64,000 bases of DNA from Octopus sinensis (Eukaryota): positions 37,448,001 to 37,512,000 of the forward strand of contig NC_043007.1 in the NCBI RefSeq assembly GCF_006345805.1, written 5' to 3'. Position numbers and translations under genes: made by a program. The notes beneath the pieces are model-generated. The model made no database searches, was not told the DNA's origin, and saw nothing but the letters and a program-made list of their open reading frames with translations. This document shows positions 52,713 through 64,000 of this stretch, in pieces. Numbering within the stretch: position 1 is the first letter of the stretch; every line of letters starts with the position of its first letter.

Positions 52713-55700
52713 GGAGACGCAAAGGCCCAGTGGTTAGGGCAGCGGACTCGCGGTCGGAGGATCGCAGTTTCGATTCCGAGACCGGGCGTTTTGTGTGTTT
52801 ATTGAGCGAAAATACCTAAAGCTCCGCGAAGTTCCAGCAGTGGGTGGTGGCGACCCCTGTTGTACTCTTTCGCCCCGACTTTCTCTCACTCTTTCTTCCT
52901 GTTTCTTGTCCCCGACTTCCTACGCAACCGCTGAGCTTGGATGCGCATTCATTCATCCGTCGATGCTCTCGGTGTCGGGGGTTGACTTACTTTCTCTTCT
53001 GCGGGTCTTATGAATAGCAAAGGACCACGATTCGGACTTCTCCCACTGCGAGCTCTGGGACGAAGACCGCTTCGCTCAACAGCAACAGCAACAACAATAC
53101 GAAAGAAATAAAACATAAAAATGCAAATATCGTCCCTGTTTCTTTTGCATCGGCGACGAGAAGTATGGAATGGTTTCACATAGAGAACGAAGAATTAAAA
53201 TTTGCTAGAGAAATTGTTAAAAGAGATGGGAGAAGGGTAACCATACAGTCTCCATCGGACGTGATAGAAAATATCGCAAGATGAACGGTCACACACCGTT
53301 GCACCGGAGTCAAGTCTTGGCGGGTGGAAAATGCTCCGGAGAGCGAAATACAAGAATGTCTTGTGGGGGTTGGGGTGGGGCAAAAGACGCACATCACCCG
53401 AGGAAAGAAGTCTGGAACCGTTGAGGTGAGATTTGGGACGAAAGAATAAGCTAAATGTAAATTCAGCAACCACTTTGAAGGATGACAATTTTTTTGTTAA
53501 TCTGCAGCTATCGCGGCCAAGGTCTTGCCAAGCAAAACTGGTTAAATATAGGTATGGAACTGACCGTGCAATGCAAGCAGGACCATATCGACCAGCTGCT
53601 TGATCCAATCGATCTCTCGGATGGCACTCACCTGTCAGTATTCGTAGAGGGTAGAAAGCCAAGATGCCATATATGTGGAGCTGAAAAAAAAAAACTTAAA
53701 TGTTTCCTGCCCTGAAACAAAGGAAAATGAAGCCTCACCACAGGCAACATTTCAAGTACCACAAATGCTAAATCATAAACAAGTGCACAAGACTCCGACA
53801 CCTCCTCCCACACCCACTACCAAACAAAGACAAAGAAGGACTCTACCCCCGATTGCCACGGAAAAGCAAATTTCTTCTAAATGCTCTTCCTCCCAAACCA
53901 GCATCAACTGTAATGACATGGCGAAGGAAGAGCTGAACGATCAAAGGATTAAAGGGAGAACTAGTTAGTAAACTAGAAGAGGCTATTAGTAAAGGCAGCG
54001 CGACCGACACGTTAGTGGCAAGAATGTTCCTTGACCTTTTCTTCGAGGCGAAGCGCGAAGGGTGCATTTTCAGAGCTAAGGATCGTGCGCTAAAACACGA
54101 AGGAAATAAAGTAGTCCGGTGGCCCCGAACAGTAGAGACACGACGTGGAAACAAAACCACGATCAAATCTGACAGATCAGGACGGACGTGTGCTAATTGG
54201 TTCTATGCGGCTTTCCAGCAACACTTTGCGCGGTTGTGTGGGGAGGGGGAGGGTCGACGACTGCAGCGAACTTTACTTCGTACCTAAATAGCCTATCACA
54301 GTTCTCGGTGAGGAACGCGAGATTCTGCGAAATGCTGATTACAGCCTCTGAAACACAGGAGGCGATGAGCAATTGCACAGGTCGCAAATCGCAGGGTTTG
54401 GATGGTCTGCCCTTCGAATTCTATGTTTTCATGCCAGATTTGTTTGGCAGCCTCTTGGCAGGTGTCTACAGTAACTGGCAGTAGAACAGGATAATTCATA
54501 GTGCTGTTAGCCGGGGTGTAGTAACACTGCTGAGAAATGAAGCCAACGATGGGGACATGCTAGGGAATTTTCGGCCCCTAACTCTGCTATAGGCAGAGTT
54601 TAAGATTTTGGCCAAGGTGTTAGCGAAAAGGTTGGCGTTTGCCGTTGGTAGTCTGGTCAAGGAGGCACAAATCTACGCAATCCCGAACAGGTCTATCTAC
54701 GACAACCTTCGCCTTATGCGATACATCGTAGAGAGGGCTGGGACTAAAGCTGGCTTCGGTGGTGTCTTGATCAATTTAGATCAATCGAAAGCGTTCGATA
54801 GAGTAGACCATCGCTACTTGGAAGCCGTCCTTAAAGTGGACGGTTTCGGATCTGTTTTCAGAGGCTGGTTAGCTGTAATGTACAGTGGCACCAGTTCGGG
54901 TGTCAAAGTAAATGGCCACCTATCACAACCATTTAGTATCACACGTTCGGTCCGTCAGGGATACCCGCTGTTATCTTTTGTGTATGTGCTGGCTCTCGGG
55001 ACACTGCTGCGGAAGTTGGAGCAGTTAAGAGGCATCCCTTTTGAAATTGGACTCGGGTGGGCAGTATCTGCATACACGGACGACGTCACAGCCATGGTAT
55101 CGGACGCTTCCGATGTAGAGGTGGTCAGCTCTATTTCAAAGGAAATTGAGTTGGTTGCAGGGGCTAAAATTAATGCCGACAAGTAGGTAGGATTTCGACT
55201 GGGCACCTAGAGAGGCTGGTCGGGCAGAGGTGGCGAATGCCTACATCGCCACTGTCATTATTTATCGCCAGGACGTCGTGCCTTGTCCCAGTTACTACTT
55301 GATTAGATTGGAGCGTATCCTCTTTTTCTTGTGGAAGGGACGCGTTCCAATTGTCAGACGGTCGGTCTGCTGCCAACCCCCTCTGCATGACGGTTTAGGC
55401 ATGCCATGGCTTGTGATGCACAGACACGCACTCAGGTTGTGCCACCTGCAACGACTTCTAGAAGGTGAACGTGTGTGGGCTCTATTTGTGAGACACGTTT
55501 TTCCGCGGCTCGTCTCCTTGACGGAACCGCAGTCCTGGGTAAAGGATAGGCCAAGACTGGGTTCGTGGAACTTAAAATGTCATCACACACTCACTGTCCT
55601 CTACAAGTCGAGCAATATGATTGGTGGATGTTCCACTTTAGATATTTACAGAGGATTAGTAACGGGGAAGAGCGACGACGTCCTCGGGGAGACCCTAGGC

Positions 55701-56545
55701 GTCGACGAAGATGAACTGGCAAATCTATTCCGGAGGACTTTTCGGTCGGTAACTGTTATGGATAATTTCCAGATGGCTTTGGCCTGGCAGTGCTACCGGG
55801 GACCGCTACTGGTTCGAGATAAACTTTACAGACACAAGGATGTGTTGTCAGACGGGCTTGTCCGCGGTGCTCGCAGAGCGACGAAACCGATCTGCGTGCA
55901 CTCGTTCAGTGTCCGGGCACTGCTGACTTGTGGAGTTATGTCGAACAGCTGCTGTTGCGTGTAGGACAGATCCGTCTGTCGTCCGAGTCTATAATGATGA
56001 TTGCGCCGCCGCCCTCCTTTAATCGGGCTGGCAAGGCAGTTTTCCTTTGTCTGGTGGCTGTGGCGAAAGAGGATATCTGGTGGACGAGGCTGAAAGGAAT
56101 GAGAACAGAAATTTTCTTTTTCGGTAAAGCTCCCATCGACTTTTTCAAGTTTCACTAGAAAAGGAAAGGGAGGGTGGAGAGGGAAGTACTGTTCTCGATT
56201 GAATTTATCAAAAGGTGGGTGAAAGTTACCACTCTAAGTGTAGAGTTGTGAGTCGGAAGAAAGGTGTTTGAGAGGGCTCCCGTACTTGGTATTGATCTTC
56301 GATGGCGGGTTCCTTGATTATCCCTAAAGGTCTTCTTGAATCAGGGAGATCCTATCACGACCTTTATTTCCCCCCTTCTTTTTCTAGTGTCATATGCTAT
56401 TTATATTTTACTTCTTCTAATGTATACCGTGTACACTTTTTATTTTTTAATTCCATTATATGTAAACCCCAACATTTTATGTCTTTGTATTGTCCCCTCA
56501 TCCTTCGCCCAGGTGGTAAATAAAAGAAATAATAATATTATTATT
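52713..56545 (+). mobile_element. Tx1/L1-clade LINE relic preceded by a 317-bp tRNA-like head
   Basis: ORF1 relic ..GRKPRCHICG; RT relic GLDGLPFEFY, NFRP.TL, DQSKAFDRVDH, SVRQG.PL, AYTDDVT. No APE domain seen; many stops. The 3' end is AATAAAAGAAATAATAAT. Confidence 0.88.
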
Positions 56546-57052
56546 GGTTTGAAAGTGGAAGGACGTGTCTTCGGAAGCTGTGAGTTTTTGCCCAATTTCA
56601 ATTGAATTATTTTTGAATATTTCTGTAGCGAAGCCGACTGGGCTCTTGCTGAGCTAATCGATTAGGCGGATTTTCCCCCTTTTAGCTGCGAATTTCTCAT
56701 TTCAAATTTTTCCATTTCGATTTTGCTTATTGAAATTTTACAAAATCGTCTATGAAGAGGAGTGTAAGCTCTTCCTTTCTTTGCACACCACACACTCTGT
56801 AGTCGAACGACTACATACATGAAACGTCAAACGTAAATTGTCTCCGCCCGTTTCGCACCTTAAAAGGCAAAGAAGAGAAGGAGAAGAAGCGTTCCGGCAC
56901 GTGCAGCGCTAGAGAGGAAAATAAAGACTGTTCATTGGACCGCCTTTGCAACGTGTATTTCCCTGCTCTCACTACCACTATTGCTACTACATTGGAGATG
57001 GAGGAAGGGAGAAGTGGGAACATGTGTACCAGTGAAACCACCAGCAACACCA

Positions 57053-57866
57053 GGAGGCGCAATGGCCCAGTGGTTAGGGCAGCGGACTCGCGGTCGGAGG
57101 ATCGCGGTTTCGATTCCCAGACCGGGCATTGTGTGTGTTTATTGAGCGAAAACACCTAAAGCTCCACAAGGCTCCGGCAGGGGATGGTGGCGACCCCTGT
57201 TGTACTCTTTCGCTCCAACTTTCTCTCACTCTTTCTTCCTGTTTATTATCCCCGACTTCATACGCAACCGCTGAGACTGGATGCGCATTCATCGATCCGT
57301 CGATGCTCTCGGTGTTGGGGGTTGACCGGCTTTCTCTTCTGCGTATTCTTACGAATAACAAAGGACCACGTTTAAATTGCTCGGGGTCTGGTTCGGTCCG
57401 GACCTCCAGGTGCAGAAAAAGTGGGACGAGGTGACGAACAGGGTGGCCAATCTCACCCAAAAATGGGCCAAGAGGAAGCTGTCTTTGAAAGGTCGAGCAG
57501 AAGTGGCGAACGGGTACATCGCATCTGTCATCTATTACTGCTTGACCGTCGTCCTTTGTCTCGACTGCTGGTTGACCAAGCTGGTGCCTTTACTCTTCTA
57601 GTTTCTGTGGGAGCAGCAGGTACCACTGGTGAGGCGCTCCATCTGCTGTCAACAGCCGCTGAACGGAAGCTTTGGCATGCCGTGGCTGCTGATGCGCAGA
57701 CATGCGCTTAGGCTACGGCATCACAAGCGTTTCCTGGAATGTGAGCAGTTGTAGTCGCCGTTCGTCAGATTCGCCTTTCAACAGCTCGTCTCTTTGACTG
57801 AGCTGCAATCTTGGATCAAGCGTAGACTGAGAAAGGGCGCTTGACACCTCGAGTACCGTCAAGTGC
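57053..57866 (+). mobile_element. Second copy of the tRNA-like head, fused to a post-RT Tx1 segment
   Basis: Head 57053-57370 is near-identical to 52713-53029. It is followed by LLGVWFGPDLQ..KLSLKGRAEVAN.YIASVIYY. Confidence 0.88.
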
Positions 57867-58586
57867 TCACCAATGCACGCTGCACAGTATTGTTCGACTG
57901 TGTTCGATCATACTCCAACACACAAAACGCCTTTTCTCTTCCAGCAAATGCCATTTCTATACTTGAAAAGATGACCATATCAAACATTAAACATAAAATT
58001 TGACCTGTTTCTACATATGTTAAAAATTGAAGTCATAGGTGCAGGAGTGGCTGTGTGGTAAGTAGCTTGTTTACCAGCCACATGGTTCCGGGTTCAGTCC
58101 CACTGTGTGGCACCTTGGGCAAGTGTCTTCTACTATAGCCTCGGGCCGACCAAAGCCTTGTGAGTGGATTTGGTAGACGGAAACTGAAAGAAGCCCGTCG
58201 TATATATGTATATATATATATATGCGTGTGTGTGTTTGTGTGTCTGTGTTTGTCCCCTGGCATTGCTTGACAACCGATGCTGGTGTGTTTATGTCCCCGT
58301 TACTTAGCGGTTCGTCAAAAGAGACCGATAAAATAAGTACTGGGCTTACAAAAGAATAAGTCCCGGGGTCGAGTTGCTCGATTAAAGGCGGTGCTCCGGC
58401 ATGGCCGCAGTCAAATGACTGAAACAAGTAAAAGAGGAAAGAGGAAAGAGTATTTGAACAAGAACTAGCACAGTTATTAGATTGCGAAATGATATCAAAT
58501 TTTTTTGAAACTCCCTGCAATCAGCTACTTGCTCAACAAAACTGAAATCAAATCTGCTATATTCGTGGCAACGAAAGTTCCTGTTA
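57866..58586 (-). repeat. Copy of 43285-43601 (Tc1 end plus its flank), interrupted by a SINE
   Basis: Shares both the transposon end and the external TGCAATCAGCTACTTGCTCAAC...GTTCCTGTTA. Confidence 0.8.
58038..58452 (+). mobile_element. SINE family A, full length
   Basis: Head GGTGCAGGAGTGGCTGTGTGG through the AAAGAG tail; it splits AAGTCAT|TTGAACAAG. Confidence 0.92.
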
Positions 58587-59043
58587 GCTTGGTCCCCCAG
58601 CGATGGGAGATGGATAAGGACTGTAAACGGAAAGCAGTCTGCTGTCTCAAAAGGATTGCAGACTGCCTCAGATGTTCCCCACTAGTCTGGAAACAGTAAT
58701 TATACCAAATCCTCCTGCTCCACCTTCTCTTCAAACCCACTACAACCACCACCACCACCACCACCATTTATCTTCCTCTCTCTTTCTCTCTCCTCTGATT
58801 GCATGACATCATGATTTGTATTTTCCAGTGTTCCTTCTTCCTCTTTCTTTGCCATGATTTCATCCAGATGGCTTCCAAAGTAACTTTGGTGGTATATAGC
58901 TGTAGTTCTCCAACTGTTTTGGCACCGGAGACTGCTTTCATGCAGGACAATTTTTCCACGAACCGAGATGTATCGCACATAACAAAACGCTATAAAGTGC
59001 AAACCATATAATACATATTTATAACAACAGCTGAACGTTTTTC

Positions 59044-59180
59044 CTCCAGCCGTAGAAACTATGCCAAAACAAACATAGAACCCGGGCAGCTCTTCGGCTG
59101 GGCAGCTCCTGTCAAATCGTCCAACCCATACCAGCATGGAAAACGGACATTAAGGGATGAGGATGATGATGATGATGATG
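59044..59180 (+). mobile_element. 3' end of a SINE/LINE with a (GAT)n tail
   Basis: CCAGCCGTAGAAAC..CCAACCCAT.CCAGCATGGAAAACGGAC then (GAT)n; family recalled from memory, not verified. Confidence 0.45.
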
Positions 59181-59301
59181 AATCCATGAGCTGACACTCC
59201 AATAATTTCTCTTCTAAGCCATTTCATGCCAGCGAAATGATTGTTAGCACTCAGAGGAATCGGTTTAGAAAGTATTATGTAACTGGAGGTCGGAAAAAAT
59301 A

Positions 59302-59857
59302 TTGGGTTGTCCGGAAAGTTCGTGCCGATTTATAGTAGCTTACCTTTCGACTTATTTTAGAACATGGTTGAGTCCATTAGATAGGATTTGACTACACCTC
59401 CATTTAGAGCACAGTTTAAGCTATCTTTTCGTGGAAGAAGGTTTATGTTCCTATAACCTGTGTTAATTCTGTAACCCTTTAAAATGGAAGATGCGAAAGT
59501 TCATTTTCGGCACTTGATGCTTTGGGAACCAGACAAAAATTGCTGCAGCTCGGCTGAGATGTATTGCCCACCCTCATATTCACAAGATATTGCTCCCTCG
59601 CATTTCCACTTATTCAGGTCTCTGCAGAATAGTCTTAATGGCAAAAATTTCAATTACTTGGATGACGTAAAATTGAGGTCATCAATTACTTGGATGACCT
59701 CAATTCTGGGAAGAGGGTATTTTCAAGTTAAAGGAAAGATGGAGACGCATTGTGCAACAAAATGGTTCATATTTGGTTGATTAAAAATGTAATAGCAAGT
59801 ATTTATTGACATTTTTCTTTCCTTTAAAAATCAGCACGAACTTTCCAGACAACCCAA
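59302..59857 (+). mobile_element. mariner deletion derivative (556 bp)
   Basis: 30-bp TIR TTGGGTTGTC.GGAAAGTTCGTGC.GATTT with TA flanks; MEDAKVHFRHLMLWE fused to YSQDIAPSHFHLFRSLQN. Confidence 0.92.
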
Positions 59858-60989
59858 TATAACATCTGGTTATGGATTTTTATAAACATATAAATAAGAG
59901 AATTAAATGAAAGATTGATAAGTAGAACATCATTAGATTTCGTTTTTGAATTTGGCTTATTATCTAACACACTTTATCGGTGAGTGTGTTAGATAATAAG
60001 GCACTAAAAGAGAATGACTCTCCCCAGACACAACAAAATCATCATTAAATCTTTCCTTTAAATGAACTGGCCCGCTACTTGTCTCTTACTCTCACTCATG
60101 TTAAAAGTAAAAATCCAAATAATGACGTAGGGGATAGTTACGTCATTGTGATAAACGCTGAACGCGACTCCATTCGAACTGGAATATATTTTTTCACTAA
60201 GTTGTCTTAGTGAATGATAAATGCTTTTGACGAACTTTTATTTGTAACTATCTAGTTATAGTTAGATAATTTTTCTATCTTGGCTGACAGCATTAAAAGT
60301 AACAGTTCTGTTGAATGGTCATAAAACCTCGACAATCTTCCGTTGGTGGTTGATAATGACAAAATATTGAAGTGGAAGCTTTATTTTGGTTTATAATCAT
60401 TTAAATCTCATAATTTATTGTTTCAAAAAGTATAGAGAAATTACCTTTATAATCTGATGTTCAATTTTCACTTGTATGGATTTTACCTTTCATTTATAAC
60501 AGCGTTTATTCAATTATCCGTGCATCTCTCTAACAAAGATTTGTTATTGAAAGCCAAAGCAAGGAATCATTATTATAAGGTAAGTTTTATTATTATTCTA
60601 TAAAATAAATTCTATATTTTTAAATGACAGTATATTATATCAAATAATTAAAATTAGGACACTACTCTATAGAAAGGTGGTATGTCATGTTTTTAGACGA
60701 ATCAAGTTGTGTAATGTAATGTATAGGTGTTGATATGAAGAAATATTATTCTAGTTGCCTCAATTTAGCTAGTTGGAGAATAGATAACCAGATATTTTGA
60801 GAAAAGTTGCTCACAGTAAACTAGCATGCTGTATAGGAGGTTGGAGGTTGTTCCTTTGGTTTTTCTCTATTGTTACAGATTCTGGTTAATTGCAGAATCA
60901 AGTTACTTGATGAGTTTTATTGTGTATAGCTAACCATTTGGCAGTTATTACTAGTAAATGGCGCTAATACTCTGCAATGGATCCTTCTT

Positions 60990-61620
60990 CAAAAATATTG
61001 GTTTCAAATTTTGGTACAAGTCCAGGAAGTGTGCGGGGGCGGGGATAGTCAATATCATCGACCCCAGTGCTCAGCTGGTACTTATTTTATCGATTCCGAA
61101 AGAATAAAATGCAAAGTCGACCTCGGCGGTTTTTGAACTCAGAACGTGCAGACGGACAAAATGCCGCCAAGTATTATGCCCGGCGTTCAAATGATTCTGC
61201 CAGCTTGCCGCCTTCCTTCTTTAAAATATTGGTTTCAAATTTTGGTCCAAAGCCAGCAGTTTCTGAGAAGGGATTAAGTCGGTTACATAGACCCTATGCT
61301 CAACTGGTACTTATTTTATTGACCCCGAAAGGACAAAAGGCAAAGTTGCCCTCAGCGGAATTTGTATTCAGAAAGTGCTGACAGGTGAAATGCCTATTTC
61401 TTTACTACCCACAAGGGGCTAAACATAGAAAGGACAAACATGGACAGACAAATGGATTAAGTCGGTTATATCGACCCCAGTGCGTAAACGGTACTTATTT
61501 AATCGACCCCGAAAGGATGAAAGGCAGAGTCAACCTCGGCGGAATTTGAACTCAGACCGTAGTGGCAGGTGAAATGCCGCTAAGCATTTTGCCCGGCGTG
61601 CTAACGGTTCTGCCAGCTCG
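60990..61620 (-). mobile_element. Two adjacent SINE family C copies (monomer and dimer)
   Basis: Heads end CTGCCAGCT at ~61206 and ~61618. CCTTCTT.AAAAT.TTGG occurs before, between and after the copies. Confidence 0.82.
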
Positions 61621-61880
61621 TCATCTTCCTTCTTAAAAATCTTGGTACTGTGACACACAGTCCATTGTGTCCGAGCATGGGATATATCTTAGTTAACGTC
61701 AGTGCCTTATCGGTTCGTGGAGAATGGGGGAGTCGATCTCAAAGAAATATTCTTCAAAGTAAGAACTAGACAGAGGATTTCAATTCAGAACATCAAATAA
61801 ATACTGTCTCTCTTCTGCTTTCTTATATCTTTTGCTAACATAGCCACACAACTTGAAATTTATAAGAGAGAGAATTATAT

Positions 61881-62099
61881 TTACTCTTTACTCTTTTACT
61901 TGTTTCAGTCATTTGACTGTGGCCATGCTGGAGCACCGCCTTTAGTCAGGCAAATCGACCCCAGGACTTATTCTTTGTAAGCCTAGTTCTTATTCTATCG
62001 TTCTCTTTTGCCGAACCGCTAAGTTACGGGGACTTAAACACACCAGCATCGGTTGTCAAGCGATGTTGGGGGTGGGGACAAACACTGACACACAAACAT

Positions 62100-62134
<35 letters not shown>

Positions 62135-62290
62135 ATATATATACGACGGGCTTCTTTCAGTTTCCGTCAACTAAATCCACTCACAAGGCTATAGTAGAAG
62201 ACACTTGCCCAAGGTGCCACGCAGTGGGACTGATCCCGGAACCATGTGGTTCGTAAGCAAACTACTTACCACACAGCCACTCCTACTCCT
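61881..62290 (-). mobile_element. SINE family A, full length
   Basis: Matches the other copies. Confidence 0.92.
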
Positions 62291-63077
62291 ATTGCATGAC
62301 GTTTTACTAATTTATGTCTAAGTCAAATAGAAAGGGCAGCATCCATAGGATTTAGATGCAACTCAAGTTGCATGTAAACCACTGCTTCGATTACTTAGAA
62401 TAGCCTCACCAGAAGCCAGTGGACGCAAGTGATCTTCCCAAGGAAAAGAGAAATTTATATAGTGACCGTAGTCATGAAGCTGAGACTGTCTTCTCTGATG
62501 ACGATTCTCCTCTGTGAAACCACTTCTATCTGTACCCTCTTACAAACGTTATTATGTGTTATGTTAAAACACACATACATAAGATTACTTCGTAATCGGA
62601 AACCAATATTCAAATAAATATATATCCTTGCATTAGAATGAGTAATGAATGAAATAACATGTAGAAAATAGGTAACCTAATTGCATTGCCAAATGATGAA
62701 AAACAGATGGTACACATTTCCTTACTACGTAAGGAAAGGTGCACCAAGACATCGAGTTTTATTTATAAGTCACCTGATCTGAATTATTGTTACAGAGTGA
62801 ATTCTGCACTTGGCACCCAAAGTTCATGCGTTGGTATTGAACTAAGAGAAAAATTAGATGTACAATCCATTCCAATAGCGTTGGTTATTTGAAAGTAATG
62901 GAACTGGAATAACGGTTAGTCGAGATCAAATTTACGAACGCCGTTCATTAATAGCTTACCTTTTGTTCTATGGTACTCAACCTTCTTAATTACTGATTTA
63001 GGAATCTTACCCCTTATGAATGTTACTGCTAATTATATTGACAATTCAGTTCATGTTAATTACTTAGTTTAGATTAA

Positions 63078-63275
63078 TTACTCTTTTACTTGTTTCAGTC
63101 ATTTGACTGCGGCCATGCTGCAGCACCGCCTTTTTAGTTGAACAAATCGACCCCAGGACTTATTCTTTGTAAGCCTAGTACTTATTCTATCGGTCTCTTT
63201 CGCTGAACCGCTAAGTTACGGGGACGTAAACACACCAGCATCGGTTGTCAAGCGATGTTGGGGGGACAAACACAG

Positions 63276-63310
<35 letters not shown>

Positions 63311-63457
63311 CATATACACGACGGCTTCTTTCAGTTTTCGTCTACGAAATCCACTCACAAGGCTTTGGTCGGCCCGAAGCTATAGTAGAAGACACTTGCC
63401 CAAGGTGTCACGCAGTGGGACTGAACCCAGAACCATGTGGTTGGTAAGAAAGCTACT
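63078..63457 (-). mobile_element. SINE family A (5' end clipped)
   Basis: Matches the other copies. Confidence 0.9.
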
Positions 63458-64000
63458 TTATTTTACCAAATTTGCCATAAAGGCAGTACATAGAGTAAGG
63501 TAGCTTGCGGGCTGAACACGGACATTAATGAGGTGAATGATAATGATACAAGGATGATAAGGATGGGAGAAGACGAAAAATGCCCGCCGACTTTTGCTTC
63601 TCTAAAACATCGTTCTTTTTTTTTTTAAATACTGAATGAGGTATTAACCCTCTTACAATTTTTACACTTGATAGACTAAAATGTCCATTACAATTAAAAA
63701 CAATTTAATAAGGCGATAAACCTATTACATAAATGAGTCCTTAATAAACTTCCTTGCCTCCTGCAGGCATTCCAGCAGGCATTCTGCAGGCATTCCAGAG
63801 TTGGGGGGCTCATGCACAAGTTCTGTACTCTTCCTTTGAGAAGGAGTCCATTATACACACAGCCACTCTTGTGCCATTATATAGCTATTTATTTTATCAA
63901 TTTCAGCTTTCCATCTCTCGAGTAGGATTTGAATTCAATTTCAAATATTTGAAAAAGGCGGCGTGCTGAGTAAAAAATGCTTAGCGGCATTTCGTCTGAT

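Noticed and set aside
58700-59137. 145-aa ORF on -
   Set aside because: Low-complexity, starts within a SINE-like tail, and has no recognisable motif or splice context.
62495-62525. CTGATGA...GAAA (similar hits at 14483, 16770 and 43614)
   Set aside because: No helix II or stem I pairing; expected chance matches.

Overview
AT-rich, microsatellite-dense eukaryotic DNA. The SINE families resemble those I recall from octopus genomes, but the taxon is an inference. One complete host gene can be assembled by eye: a 10-exon SLC22-family (organic ion, MFS) transporter on the + strand, 21918-51092. Its CDS is 1758 nt (585 aa) and all intron phases are consistent. Intron 2 needs a non-canonical GC donor, with a frameshifting GT donor 4 nt downstream. 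Most other sequence is mobile DNA: a young 3.8 kb Gypsy-type LTR element with one open but catalytically gutted gag-pol-like ORF, a Penelope-like RT fragment, R4/Dong, CRE and Tx1/L1 LINE relics, Helitrons, hAT and Tc1/mariner relics, MITEs and four tRNA-derived SINE families. The main unexpected signal is a set of type I hammerhead-ribozyme motifs from several sequence-unrelated families inside the SLC22 introns. One is fully canonical, sense-oriented and GUC-cleaving (37875-37965). It shows compensatory stem I changes relative to two antisense relatives. Several motifs sit in head-to-head inverted pairs, and one is joined to a tRNA-like head. All structures and homologies were read by eye; no folding, alignment or database search was run. 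No rRNA, true tRNA gene or CRISPR array was found.
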